A stretch of DNA of 64,000 nucleotides, from NCBI GenBank assembly GCA_030704615.1, contig CM060734.1, positions 40,796,001 to 40,860,000 of the forward strand, in the 5' to 3' direction. Positions 49,004 to 62,640 of the stretch are shown here, piece after piece. The DNA comes from Takakia lepidozioides (Eukaryota > Plantae > Bryophyta). The notes under the pieces were generated by a model. That model was not told the DNA's origin and made no database searches. It saw only the letters and a program-made list of their open reading frames with translations. The translations under genes and the position numbers were made by a program. Position 1 is the first letter of the stretch; every line of letters begins with the position of its first letter.

Positions 49004-51299
49004 TTGTCATGCAGCACGGTGGGGTTTCAAGTCTGGAGTCAGACCCAGAGACTTGGTCGGCATCAGTGTCGGGGCCAGGTTATTCGTGGTGATACGCCTA
49101 CCATGGACACTGATTGTATTGGAGACCGAAGACAAAGATGGAAGGCGGAGGAGAATCTCAAAAACAACTGTGATAGCAGTGGGGATGGGAGCGCAGTCTG
49201 TAAGGAAGGCCTGTTGAAGGAAGTAGAGCACATTCTGGACCTGATGGAGCAACGAGGCTTTCGGGAATATCGCGACACCTGTTCTCATCTCTTGCAAAGG
49301 TATGCTAGGACGGGGGCCTTGGCAGATGGTAAGGAGGTCCATGCCCACATGATGAAAAGTGGATTTGAGCCAGACATCTACCTAGGAAACACCCTTGTGA
49401 GCATGTATGTGAAGTGTGGGGCTGTTGTGGATGCCTGCCAAGTGTTTTACAAAATGCCCAAACGGAATGTAATCTCATGGAATGCGATAATTACAGGATT
49501 AGCTCACCAAGGGCATGGTGAAGAGGCTTTTACACTCTTTCAGCAAATGCAACAAGAAGGCTTCCAGCCAAACCGGATAACCTTCATAAGCATCCTCAAT
49601 GCATGTTCATGTCAGGGGCGCCTGGAACAGGGCAAGTGGCTCCATGCGGGCATCATAACAGCTGGGTTTGAATCAGACCTCCAAGTGGCAACTGCCCTCG
49701 TTAGCATGTATTGTAAGTGCGGGAGTGTGGTGGATGCCCAACAAGTGTTCCTCAAAATGCCTGAACGAGATGTGATCTTGTGGACTGCGATGATTGCTGG
49801 ATCTGCCCGCCATGGTCCTGATGAGCAGGCTTTTGAGCTCTTTCAGCAAATGCAAAGTGAAGGAATGAAGGCAGACAAGGTCACTTTCATTAGCATTTTG
49901 AACGCATTTGTCAATCCAGCAGCTCTGGAACAAGGGAAGTGGGTCCATGAGTGCATCATCAAAGCTGGATTTGAGTCAGATGTCAGGGTAGGCACTGCCC
50001 TTGTGAGCATGTATTGCAAGTGTGGGAATGTAGAGGATGCACTCCGACTGTTCTCCAAAATGCCTGAACGAAATGTTGTCTCATGGAATGCAGTGATGGC
50101 AGGAACTGCTGAGCGTGGTCGCAGTGAGGAGGCTTTGGAACTCTATCGGCAGATGCAGAGAGAAGGCATGAAGCCTGACAACGTCACTTTCATTAGTATC
50201 CTCAACGCATGCTCCACCCTAGGCGCCCTGGAAGAGGGCAAATGGGTCCATGCACACATCATAAAAGCTGGATCTGAGGGAGATGTCTGTGTTGGGACTG
50301 CCCTTGTGGACATGTATGCCAAGTGCGGGAGTTTGGGGGATTCATGGCAAGTGTTTGACAAAATTCTAGAGCGAAATGTTGTCTCATGGACTGCAATGAT
50401 TCTGGGATATGCCCAGCATGGGCATGGGAAGGAGGCCCTCCAACTCTTTGAACATATGCAACAGGAGGGGATGAAGCCAGACGAAGTCACATTTGTTGGT
50501 ATTCTCTCTGCTTGCAGCCATGCAGGCCTAGTTAGTGAAGGCCATTATTACTTCTTATCGATGAGCCGAGATCATGGCATCACACCAACAGAAAAGCACT
50601 ACGGCTGCATGGTGGACCTTCTTGGTCGTGCAGGGCATTTGGATGAGGCAGACAACTTCATCAGCAAAATTCCATCTAAACCAGGAGCTCCAGTGTGGGG
50701 GGCTTTGCTTGGTGCCTGTAGAGTCCATGACAATGTTGACCTAGCAGACCGTGCTGCAGAACGTGTTCTGGAGTTGGAACCACAAAATGTGTCAGTGTAT
50801 TTGCTGTTGTTAAACATCTATGCTGCGGCTGGCAGGCGGGATGATGTACTAAAGGTGAGAAAAATGATGGCCAAAAGAGGTGAAAAAGGAGCCAGGTTGC
50901 AGCTGGATTGAGGTGAAGAACAGGGTACACGCATTCGTTGTAGGAGATAGAACACACCCACAAACACAGGAGATCTATGCAGAGTTACAGAGATTGACTA
51001 GGCAGATGAAAGATGCGGGATATATTCCAGACACTCGCTTTGTCTTGCATGATAGCGATCAACAGATGAAGGAACAGGCTCTCTGCTCTCACAGCGAAAA
51101 GTTGGCAATTGCTTTTGGGCTCATCAGCACGCCCCCTGCGACCCCTCTCCGGATAATGAAAAACCTTCGGATATGTGGTGATTGCCACAACGCCTCCAAG
51201 ATCATCTCCAAGATTGTTCATCGTGAGATTATTGCAAGGGACGCCATCCGCTTTCATCACTTCAAGAATGGGGTGTGTTCCTGTCAGGATTATTGGTGA
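49004..51299 (+). CDS. PLS-class PPR protein with E1/E2 and DYW deaminase domain (C-to-U editing factor); frameshift at ~50880; true start uncertain
   Basis: Regular L-S-P triplets in ORF 49004-50911; [19 protein letters not shown] and CSCQDYW lie in the overlapping frame 50880-51299. Confidence 0.9.
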
Positions 51300-54200
51300 T
51301 GGGTGAGAAGCAACAAGTCTTGGGTCAATGTCTTGCAGGCTATTTGGACTCTCTAGGGGTCATCCTCATGTGCCATAGTTCTCCAGGTATGATGGATCAA
51401 GGGTCTCTCTCTCATAACCTAGTGGGCTGAAACCTCCCAACCAGCTGCAGAAGGTTTGGTATCCTCCAGGATGTAAGTGTACGTCAACCAACGTTGGCAG
51501 GCTACTGCATATCAGTAAATCTCTCTCCTTTCCTGCTCATGGGTCACGCCAGCCCCTGGTCCCCTCCCCTTTAAAGGAAGCTAGAGATCTCTGCCGCTGG
51601 CCCATGGCAGGCCAAGAGAAACCAGTAGGATCCGGGGGCAAAGAAACACACCAAGCACAGGAAGTATGGAAGAGGGGAGAAAGCTTAACCTTCGCAGAAA
51701 AGGCAATCCCAGCTGAAGGGAGAAGGCAAAAGACACACACCTAAGACAAGCTCTAGACGCCGGCAGGAGAATGTATGAAGGCTAAAACCCAAATTACACC
51801 TGGGAAGGCCAGACCGAAAAAGGCAGCCAGAAAAAGCAAGCTACATGTCATGAAGAATTGCAGTAGCCAGCTGGGAAGGCTTCTAATGCATTCCCCTAGT
51901 CAATAGGGGAAAGAAATGCACCACTTTAACAGTGTAATCTAGCAAGCAAGGCATTAGATTCCTCACCCTTTGAGCCTGCTGCAAGATAGACATTGCTCTT
52001 GTGACAGTAAAAATCGTTTTGAACCAGATGCTGCTCCTTATAAGCCCACCATAACCTGCTCATTCTGCAATGCAGGCAGTATCTGCCTTTCAGATGTGTC
52101 AGAAGTGTACTGTAGGCAATCTCAAATTGGATATTCCTTCCTGCCAGAGACTGTTAGCTATGAGTATGAGGAACCGAAGTGCTTAGCAGTTTACCAGCAT
52201 AAGGCACTCTGCCATCATGCAATGTTGTAACATTCAATAAAGCTATCAAGGGCTTCCTCCCCTTTCACTGGAAGAAGAAAAAGTAGAATTATACAATAAA
52301 ATTGTTGAGAGAAACAAAATATAACACTTTAAGAAAATGTGGAACTCACCTCACTCTGACTAGCTAAGTACGATAGAAATGCAATTCTAAGTATATGAAG
52401 GAGTCCTCGAGTCCATTGCAAATGGTTACTTACTAGAGAAACTATTGTTTTCGGAGGTATTAACTAGGGAAGGTTAGGAGAAAAGAATCGAGGCATGGTC
52501 TCTCCTTAGGGACTCGAGCCAGTAATTAAAGCTCCTTCCACAGATTTTGTTTCTTGCATAAAGTGACTTTGGGTTTTGTTGTCAGGGAGTCTGATAGTGC
52601 AGACTTAAGTACATATAAACGTGAACGTGTTGCATAATTCTCGTTCCGAGCCTGGCTTTAGAATAGAGAACACGAAGCCATGGGGCATTTTCTTAGGCCC
52701 AGACACATGAAGAAGATCTGACAGTATTCTCCACTTCTTTTGTCTCAATTCAATCCGTTGATCATTCTGCTACTTCAGCCCTTCAAGATGATCCTAGAGT
52801 CTCACTTAGCAGTTTTAAGAACCCACGATGATGTTATCATGCTGCTGTGAAACGTCATGAGCAAGCACATGCTGATCTACCTATGTGGCTCAAGCCGAAA
52901 GAAGGAAGGTTTGGAAGATCGGAAAAGCATACATTCTGTGTGTCAGGATCAAGCCTGCTGCCATCCTTGAACTACTCAAGTGCTCTTATCCTTGTTATAT
53001 GGAGTAGTGGGGTTTACGATTGGCCTTTATCCAATTTTGACACATGTGGGTTGGCGCCTTGCTACCACGTCCAAGAAGGCATAAAGGTGAACACTGTAGC
53101 TTGGCCCGGGGTGCTGAAAGTCGCTTTGTCTAAGTACATGCTATCTCTAATGTAGCAACTGGTAGCAACTAGCAACTTCATTTGGGAAGATGGATTTTAT
53201 CCACGAAATTGCTCGGAGGAAACAAAGAGATCCACAAGGGACCGACGACTCAGAACTATGTAGCTTTGATGCAGTTGCCGACATTCGAAAAATTAATTTG
53301 CTCAAACGGAAACCACCTGTCGACAAATTGCGCACCACTCATCAACTTGTCGAACATCTCTAAAGTATTCAGTAGTTTGCTCATCAAGTCTTCTCGCAGT
53401 GAGGCTTCAATGGAATTGGGCATTGTATAAAAGTTGTTAAATTGCAATACCCAGAAGAACGAATCAAACAGATTGTTGTCTTTTGTGAACGACTTGTGTA
53501 CTTCAAGGTCGGTCCGTGCCCTGTCAAAAATCGAGGCCCGTCCAACTATGGAGCCCAATCTGGAGGGGACAAGTTGAAAACTGTCCCCACATTTTGGCCT
53601 TCTAGTCCCTCTTGTCTTATTTGCTTCACCTACCCCCAAACTTTTCTGACCCGCCTTTTTTGGACAGGCTTCGCGTCTCGAGTCTGTAATTCCCAGAACC
53701 ATGAAGTTTCGTCATATCCGTCGCTACGAGGCTGCCCAAGGTAGCAGCTACAAGTGTAATTAAGTAATTTCAAACACTCTCCACTTTCGGTCTACTCATT
53801 AGTCCTTTGCAAAGTACCTCTGGAATTGATGTCTCAGGTTCAATCATTATAGATGTCACGAGGCAGTCAGAGTCGGTAGGGACTTGACCCACAATAAATT
53901 TTGAGACTTACCTCAGTATTATGGCATTAAACGTGTGGGTTCGTGTGGCTTGCCATTGAACTTTGAAGATATGTTTTTTTTGCTCCTCAACCACCTCGCT
54001 TTCTGGGTTCCAGTCCTCCGGTCTTAGATGATCGGAACAGGCCATAACCTGCAGGCACAACGGACATACATATAAGTTACAGCTCCTCTTTTGGTACGGG
54101 ACGCGCAATGCTTTAGTAAGCTTTTGTGCCTTGGTGTCCGTTGCCCAAAAGGTTGGCAACCACCTCCAATTTCCGTCGCACTGGACGTCAGTCTTAATGG

Positions 54201-55497
54201 ATTCGTGGCCTGGACACAGACTTCGTGGATAAAGTGAGGTTGTTGCGTGGTTTTGCCTAAAATTCAGAATAATATCCTTCTGCAAATTTGCTCGTCGCCT
54301 TGCAAGTCAGGCCAAACCAGATCAGCTTGCAGGCAATTGCAGGTGTGGATAAGCCCAAAGGAAAATCATCCGTGGGAGCTGTTGGAGCTCGTTTGTCTTC
54401 TACTACATATTTGCGAACCCACCTCTTTCACATCCCTGAGTCTTCACCAGCTTCCCATGGGTACCTCCTCAGCCCATAACACACTGTTGGATTTCCACTG
54501 TATAGCTACATTCTTTTCAATTTTCCGATCACTTTAGTCCGTGATCCTTCAACACACAGGAGTAGCCTATGGCAACTCCTCGTAAGTCAAGTTCACATAA
54601 ACACAGCCAACAATGCCTGCATGGGAGTCAAGACTCAAATCCACATACACTTTTGCCAACAACTGCAACCGGGAGTCAATCTTGGGCTCATGTGGGTGAG
54701 TCAAAGGTGCTTGGATCCCCAGCTTTAAAAGCAAAAGGAGACTTGAGCCCATGGGCCTGTAGCGCATCTTTGCCCTTCCCAGTCACTTCCTTCCTCTTGC
54801 CACAGTCTGAAATCTGGACTTTAGCGGCGGCTTCCCAGCCATTTGCCCTTCCAAAGGCCAATTGTCAAAAGTGCCCTGCAAACTGAAATGTCCGCCCTTC
54901 ACACTGGAAAAAGCTGGTGCTCAAACAACTTGTCCTGGATATATCTAATAAGAAGCTAACTCCACAGGCCAGCGTAACTTCCCAGAGGGCTACCACCATG
55001 CAAATCGCCCCCCACATCAATACCTTGGGAAGCACAACTCCCCCAGTCCCCACCTTCCTCCCAAGTCTAATGCTCTTCAACTCAACCTTCTGGCACACCC
55101 AGGATAGCCCGGCCGGGTAGTCCTTTACACGTGGCACGGTCTGAATTTGGCGCCTGCCGCGCTGACGCATGGCACTTTCCTACACGTGTGTTCGGATGAC
55201 GTCTACTTTTCGCGCCGGCTCCAACGTGGGTAGTTGCGATTTTTTATTTATTTTTAAATTTTTTAAATTCAACGCTGATTTTGTGATCTCTGTCCCTTGC
55301 AGAGAAGTATCCAGTCGTTGCGGATAGGGTCTTACTTAATGCCGATGTGGCAGCCCACCATGTACATCTCATGACTGTACCCTTCAAAAAAACAAAACCG
55401 CATTGTTGGGGACGAAACAAAAGTAATCGACTCCGGCCTCCACAAGATGTAACAATTCATCCAATAACACGCAAAAACAACTCAAGGAATGAAATCT

Positions 55498-55629
55498 CGC
55501 CCACACCAACCAGCACAGAACAGCATTGCCGGGAATGATATTTCTTACAACCCCCAAGAACTCCGCCCACACCAACCAGCACAGAACAGCATTGCCGGGA
55601 ATGATATTTCTTACAACCCCCAAGAACTC
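55498..55629. repeat. Perfect 66-bp tandem duplication
   Basis: cgcccacaccaaccagcacag...cccccaagaactc occurs twice. Confidence 0.95.
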
Positions 55630-57134
55630 CGAATCGACTGATCTATGTATCCCAATTCATTTGGGGAGTTGGGGAAGGTCGGAAAACCGGACACGGTGGG
55701 AAAGGGCAATCGCGTAGATCGCGGGTGGCTTGGAGAGGAAGAAAGTGGCTCGACCGGACCTAGACACTTGTATTCCTGAAGTTTCCAAGTTTTTGCTCTT
55801 GGAATAAGTTATGTATGCACATTTCACGGTTTTGCCTTGAGAGGCCATGTTTCGAAGACAGGAAAGTTCCCAAAGGAAAAAAAAGATAGCAAGCAGAGCG
55901 TGGCGGGGGGCCACCCGGTGCTTCTTAGGTGGCCGCCGCGGGTGGCCCGGTGCCGGGCCGCTGAGCCCGCACCATAAATGACCGATGAGCTCCGCGGCCC
56001 TGCCCCGGGCGCCGTGCCCGCGCTGGGCCTTGAGTCCTTCCGTTAAGTTTCCGAGTTGTGGAAGAAACGTAAAATCCTTTATCTTTATCCTTATAAAAAG
56101 GCACTTCCTCCAACCAGTCATGTCTTCAGCACTGCAACGTGACGTAGTATCTACTATTAATAAACCTGAATCTAGATCGTTCACTTATACATATTAAACA
56201 ATAAAAAACACGATAATATTTATAAACTAATAATTAAAAATATATTTTCCAGTTTGTATTTTTATATTTTTATATTTTTTATCGTGGTAAAGGGTTCTCA
56301 GGATTTGTGGTGGTCTGAAGGGAATCCGAATCATAGTATGATTCTCTCTCTCTTGGAATGAGATAAAATGTATTTCCATTGGAATCACCACCACATTACT
56401 CACAAAAATGTGATGGAACAATTCCTTTGCGAACTTTCACGGTAGCCAGCCTAGGCAACTTCCTATTCTAGGGAAAATAATAGAATAAAAATGAGTAATT
56501 ACTGCGAAATAGCCCCTAGAGCGATATAATTATTAATAGTTTTTTTTTTGTATTATTTAGAATACTCAAAATGGAGGGAAGCAGTTAATAGAGGGAAGGC
56601 GGCGGTAGGGAAAAGATGGTAGGGTAGGCCGGGTCGTGCGCTGAACACCGCGTGGCGATTGCCGGTTGCATGGCATTATGGCACCGGCGGTAGCAGGTAG
56701 CAGGTAGCAGGCAAGCTCGCTGCTCACTTGTCCAGCCGTTGCCTTGGTGACGAGAGAGTGCGCGGGGCTATGCTCAGTTTGTGTCTCCTCCTCTTGCTGT
56801 GAGGCCCTATTTGGGAGCGTTTCTGCATTCTCGGCTCCTCATCCTGTGAGGAAATTTTTGTGAGCGCGTTTGTGCAATCTCGGCTCCTCCTCCTGTGACG
56901 TGTTTATGCAATCTCGGCGGTAATCGGTCCTGGCTGTGTGGGACACGAGACACTGAAACGTCGCATAGTCTTGGCTGCTGCTGTTCCCTAGTTTCTTTTG
57001 GCGCAGAGTGGAGGAGATTCTGATTGCACAGTAGGATACTGGCGCAGGAGAAACGTTTGGTAGCTTTGAGACTGTCTCAATACATGCCGGGTAGGGTTCC
57101 TCATCTGTTCGTAGAGGGAAGACACGACGTATCC

Positions 57135-60100
57135 ATGGCGGATCACCTCACTCTCGATGTGGACCGCCTGGTAGCTTTGTCCCCCGTTGAAAGCTCAAGC
57201 TCCTCACTGGCAGAGAAGACGGATAGCTGCCCTGAGCCCTTGTACCATGCCATATCTATTGATGTAGGCTCTGAGGGTGGGAGGAGTGTAACTACTTCCC
57301 CACAGCATGCAGCTGGAGTTGCGGCACCGAACGGGATTGTAACAGATATCAGTGCTCCAGCGGTGTTGGCTTCTGGTGAAGCAGGGGGTAATGTTGTAGC
57401 CGAGTGTCGCATATGCCAAGAAGAAGACGAGATTGGGAACCTAGAGACTCCATGTGCTTGCTCCGGGAGTGTGAAGGTAGACTACTTCTAGCTCGCCTGC
57501 TTTTATCTGTGTAAGAGCAACAGCTCTGTCTGTGTGTCTGGTTGTGTTGTATTGGTTGCTAAAGCTACTGCCATAAGATGGAGGGCGGTTTGGGGAAAGC
57601 GAGAGAGTCGGCGTTGCACGTCTCATACACTTTCTTATGGTTGTCTTCTTCCGCGGTCCGTGTCCGAGAAGGTATAGACCAGGTCGACGGATCGTAGTGT
57701 TTGTTTTTGCACTGGATTTCAAGGCGGAAGGTGTATGGAATTCCAAGAGTGTGAATTCCACCAATATCCTCATTACATCCTGAGAGTCGCTTGTGAGGGA
57801 AAACTTAGTGAAGGATTATTGCCCGGGAGGATACAAGTGGAGAGTGGAACGCGTGCATGATAGTCTCTGCACGGACCCTAGAGCAGGGAGCTTGGTGTTC
57901 GACTACAGTCAAGGCCATGAGATTGCTTCCTTCGGCTTGTTTCTATTGAGCTCTATCTCCTGGTTTCAGGGACACAGTCATATGTGTATTTGTACCCAAG
58001 GGTTTGACCAATCCTGTTTTGATCTTTTGGAGGATAATGTCCCAGACATTGTCATGAATATTGGAGCAGTTTGGTATTTGGCAGGTGATCTGTCACTCCT
58101 AACTGATTCGTTCCCTCTCTGCATGTGTCTCTCCCAAGGTGTTTGTGATTACTGGCTGTGTTTCTGACAACTGCTGTTGATTGCTACTGCATGTGGCAGT
58201 TTGCACATCGCAAGTGCGTACAGCGCTGGTGCAATGAGAAAGGGGACACGGTCTGTGAAATTTGTCACCAGGTATGGCCTTTGAAGTTGTTGAGTAACAA
58301 ATGGCTGTTAACTTGTCTGTTTAAAAAGTATGCGAGTTGGTACTCATTAAAGTTTATGGACCAGTAGAGGACAAAGTCTAACTCTTGGATTTATTATTTT
58401 GCAGCCATATCAAAGTGGCTATACAGCACCCCCAAGGCCACCACATACCGACAGTATGCCCATTGAACTGAGGTACAAATGTAAATTTGTCACTCTGAGA
58501 ATGTAGGCACTAGTTTTGATAGTCTAGTGGAGTAGTACACAATTCTCGCATTGGACTTGCAGCACTGTGGATTTCGCATAGCTGCTGATCAGTAGCTACT
58601 ATCATGCGTTGTCCATGTAGCATTTTGAGCAAGCTTGAAATGGAGATGGATAAGGAGTCCTTACTTTTATGATATGAACAGTTCAAGCCAGCTAGTTCCT
58701 ACGATTTGCGTGGTCCCTAGGTCATTATTAGGTTTGCAAACCACAACTTTACTTCTATAGAAGGCAGATAGGATATGGTGTCCTTCCTTCCTTATGGGGT
58801 TATGAACGATACAAGCCAGAACAACCACTTCCTGAGCCTTTGGGTAGTCCTAAGGAGAAAATCTTCACATTGCAGTGGGATCAATGTCAAAGAGTTTGGG
58901 TTGTTTGTCTGTTTGGTTGAAGTGTAGCAAATTCAGTCATTGTTGTGGGAAGTTATGGATTGGGTGTTATGGTTTTACATGATTCCGGAGTCCCCTCATG
59001 TTACTTAAATTTGTGTGGTGGGGATGCTTTGCTGTCTCAGTGGAGAGTGGGGAATCACAGGCTCGCATCAGTTGGAATTTCGCGACCCTCGAATCCTTGC
59101 TATGGCTGCTGCTGAGCGTCACTTTCTAGAGGCTGAGTATGATGAGTATGCCTCAGCTAATGCTAGTGGCGCCGCTTGCTGCCGCTCAGCAGCTCTGATT
59201 GTAAGTAGTAATGCCGTGTCTTCTGCGACTTGATAGTTGATTTTGTTGGAAAGCCCTTGGCTGATCTAGTGCTCATTGTTTGAATAATGGAGGATTTTGC
59301 CCCTCATCTCACTTTTTGGTCACGTATTGGATCTATGTTGGAGAATGATGCTGAGAGGATGTCTTACTCACGCCGATGGTGTACTGCTGGGATTATGGCA
59401 GTTGATGGCTCTGTTGCTCTTGCGCCATGCACTGTATATGGCTGCTGCAGGTGCGGATGAGGATCCGTCCACATTCTTGACAGTAAGTTTCCATGTTTAA
59501 AAACACAACTCCTATTGCACTGGTTGTTTAATGCTGGATTGCTAGTGAGTTGTTGATTTTGAGGTCATTCCTGGAGGGATCTTACCTTGTTTAGCTATAT
59601 CAGCAACTAACACTGTGAAATTGTTGGATGGGTGGATTGCAGCTGTTTGTATTGAGAGCTGCAGGATTTTTGTTGCCTTGTTACATCATGGCCCGTGCCA
59701 TGAACATTTTGCAGCGCCGCCGGCAGAGACAGGTACCAGATCCTTGTCCGTGACCTCAAAAGGTCCGTCGCCTAGGAGAATGATTGGAACATTTCTTCTG
59801 GCGACGCCAGAACTTTTTGTCTCAAATGATTATGAAACATCCGCAAGAATGGGACAGTTCAAGAAGAGATTTTGTATCTGGTGTCATGTATCGGTGTGGT
59901 CTAGCGAAATCGTGTAAAGAGTTGTCCAATAGTGACCGACCCATTGTTTGTTCTTTTTATCACCAGTCAGTGGCATTCTGTTTGATTTGAGTTTTGGCAA
60001 AAGCGTAGGGTTAGGGTTAGGGTTTCTAACAAGATGGAAATGGATGGACTGTGGCACAAGAGGGATTATAACTCACTGTATGTTTTTAGCTGCGCTGTAA

Positions 60101-60537
60101 TATGGCAAGATGAACATTATGGACCATGTTAGTGGGAATAAATAAAGTGAAGAGAGAAAGTATAAGTGCAGTTAAACATGAACTTCTGAGCTACTGGGAG
60201 CTGTCAAGAATGGGAAACTCATGGAACCTGAAAGGCATCCTAATTCTACATACCAAGCATTGACGTTTGTAGTGCTGCATTGTCGTCAGATAGAACTGTT
60301 AGACACTCGAATAGTTGTCTCCTGCTCTAGTCACAGGCTGTTAAGACCCAAAGTTCTGCCTCATTGCCCACAGGTGTCTATGGTTGTCTGATCAGCAATG
60401 ATGGTGTTGCTGTCTTGTTCTCTCAGGAGGCGATGGCAGCTGCGGAAATGGCAATCTTATTGCAAGGAGCACAGGCACGTGGAACGCTGCGCTTCTCGGT
60501 CGCTCCTGGCACCTCTCCTGCCCATGAGCTTCCTTAA
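57135..60537 (+). CDS. RING-CH (RINGv/MARCH-type) E3 ubiquitin ligase with two TM segments (DUF3675-like), 7 exons
   Basis: Exons ~57135-57476 (CRICQEED...PCACSGSVK), 58200-58271 (FAHRKCVQRWCNEKGDTVCEICHQ), 58405-58472, 59041-59200 (CCRSAALI), 59402-59483, 59643-59732 (LRAAGFLLPCYIM) and 60427-60537. Confidence 0.92.
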
Positions 60538-62245
60538 GTTGTTCCCCTCTCAAGTTGCATCTGGATGAATTTGAGATCCAAGTCCTCATCAGTCAATCAA
60601 TCGAGTTTGTTTCATTAGGTGAATCATGATTGATGAGTCACTGCAGTGGATACTTTCGACATCATCCTCAGTGGAGCAAGGAGGTCCTTGGGATGGGCAC
60701 TTGTACATGTGAACTTCTTGTGCCAGGACAACTGGTTACTTGGATCCCCAGTTGTGTGCTAAAAACTGGCACAGCTTGGGTACTAGTATAGTTAGTCCTT
60801 CCCTCGTTCCTCTTTCAAACCCATTTCTGGAGGAATCAGTGACACCTGTGCATTTTAGTGTAGTCTTCAATTTTGGGTGTGGTCAGTATTGATCATACCT
60901 AATCCGTGCAGGTCTTTGTATCAAATATCCAAATCAGTTACTGTCTCCACAAATACAAATTGTCAGGCATTCGAACTGTGATTAAAATTATCTATATGGA
61001 TGTCATCTTTCAACTCCAAAGGGCACATGCTGGATGTGATTGAGAGTACATATGCTTCAGCTCTTTCTTGCATTTTGTTCATTTCTGAGCCTCAATTCTG
61101 TCTCTCCCCAGAGGTGGTAGATAGTCCAGCACCTCCGAAACCTGGTGACCCATGAGGAGTTCCTACGGTATTCCAAAGGTATCCAATCTAGGGGAAAGTT
61201 AGAGAGATAGATCTTCAACCCTGTCCACGGTTCCGAAGCAGCTTGTGTGGTACGTCTGGTTATCTCTCCTCCGTCTGATTGCAGACTCTAGAGTATCGTC
61301 TACCAAAATTCATCAGATTTCTGCATCTGTCTATGGGATAGGCAAGTAGACAGTAGACAAATCCTTAGGTAGGGGACGGATGGGGCTTGAGGACCCTCGG
61401 CCTCTATGAACGCTCCAGGTTACCTTCTCCCATGGATTAGTAATGATTTTCTTGGAGTCTTGAAGCTAGTTCCAGCTGTCGGCTCCAGCTGTGGGCTTCA
61501 GCTGTAGGGATAAGCTATACTTTGCATGGGCCAGTGCAGTGAGCTCTAATTTTGGGAGTTGATGAAAACTAAGTGAGAAATGGAGTGATAGAAGTGATGG
61601 TTAGGTTGGAGACTGACAGAATGCGAAATGAAATCTGAATTGAACAGTAAGGCTCCTATGAATGGCTTGAAATATGCTCAGCATATGGTCTGGTGTCGCC
61701 TGAGGATGAGAGTTGCAGAGGCCGTAGGCTCACGTACGTTTCGGAAGCCGAACTTTGAGGGAAGGGCTGCTACCCCGGAAAGATGCGCCGTAATTTGTTA
61801 GGTATACTTCGAAGAATCGCATAAACTGGGAGGTCTGAGCCTGAAATTCTAAAAAGACCGCGTGGCCGTCCTAAGGGTTCTATTAAAGTAAAGACATAAG
61901 AGCTTCCATTAAAAACCGACCAACACGATAGAAGTGGCCCCTTTTCCTGCAGCTCCAGTGGGGCAGGCAGGCGGTTGTGAGTGAAGCAGCTGCAGTCAGG
62001 TAATGCATAGGTATGGAAGGTGAATGGTGGTGGGATTAAATCTGCTGAATTGCTTCAATCGTTTTTGGATGTAGCTTTCCGCAATGGCTCTTAGTTACAC
62101 CGGCTCTGGCTGGAGTCCTCTCTCTCTCTCTGGATTAGCTTAGTAATGTGGGGACTTGGACGATGATCAAATTTTCAAGAGAAATCTCAAGTGTTCGTAC
62201 AGAATGCTTAAGAGAGATTGGCGCTTCCAACTTCTTTGAGTACAT

Positions 62246-62640
62246 TTGAGCCATCTACAGTTAGTAGTGCCCTCAGGCCAAAGACAAAGTTTGCACCAGG
62301 AATTAGCATACAGAAACAAGTCGGTCAACCCAAATCAAGTCAGCACAAACAAAATCCCACGGCTTTCACCGGGCTATTTCTTCCTCGGTTTGTGTGATCC
62401 AAGTTCCACTGTGGCATCGGTCCCCGTTTGGTTAGAAAAAAACGAAAAAAACAAATCCTCATCCCTTTCCCTTTGGAGACGATAGGGGTAGGGTCGTTGG
62501 TGGACTTGGGAAGATGCCTGCTGAGAAGTACAAGAGACAAGTTAGTTCCTAGATTGGGGATTGAAGCCGGTCAAACTGAGGATGATGACAGTGAGGTGCA
62601 TGTCAGCAGGATCGTTTTGTCCTCACCATCACAATAGTCG
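62246..62640 (+). mobile_element. Possible degraded LINE ORF1 remnant
   Basis: DPSSTVASVPVWL...LETIG resembles the plant L1 ORF1 (DUF4283) PVW region; fragmentary. Confidence 0.3.

Noticed and set aside
61852-61881. AT-hook-like KRPRGRPKGS
   Set aside because: Isolated motif with no supporting ORF or exon structure; likely TE debris
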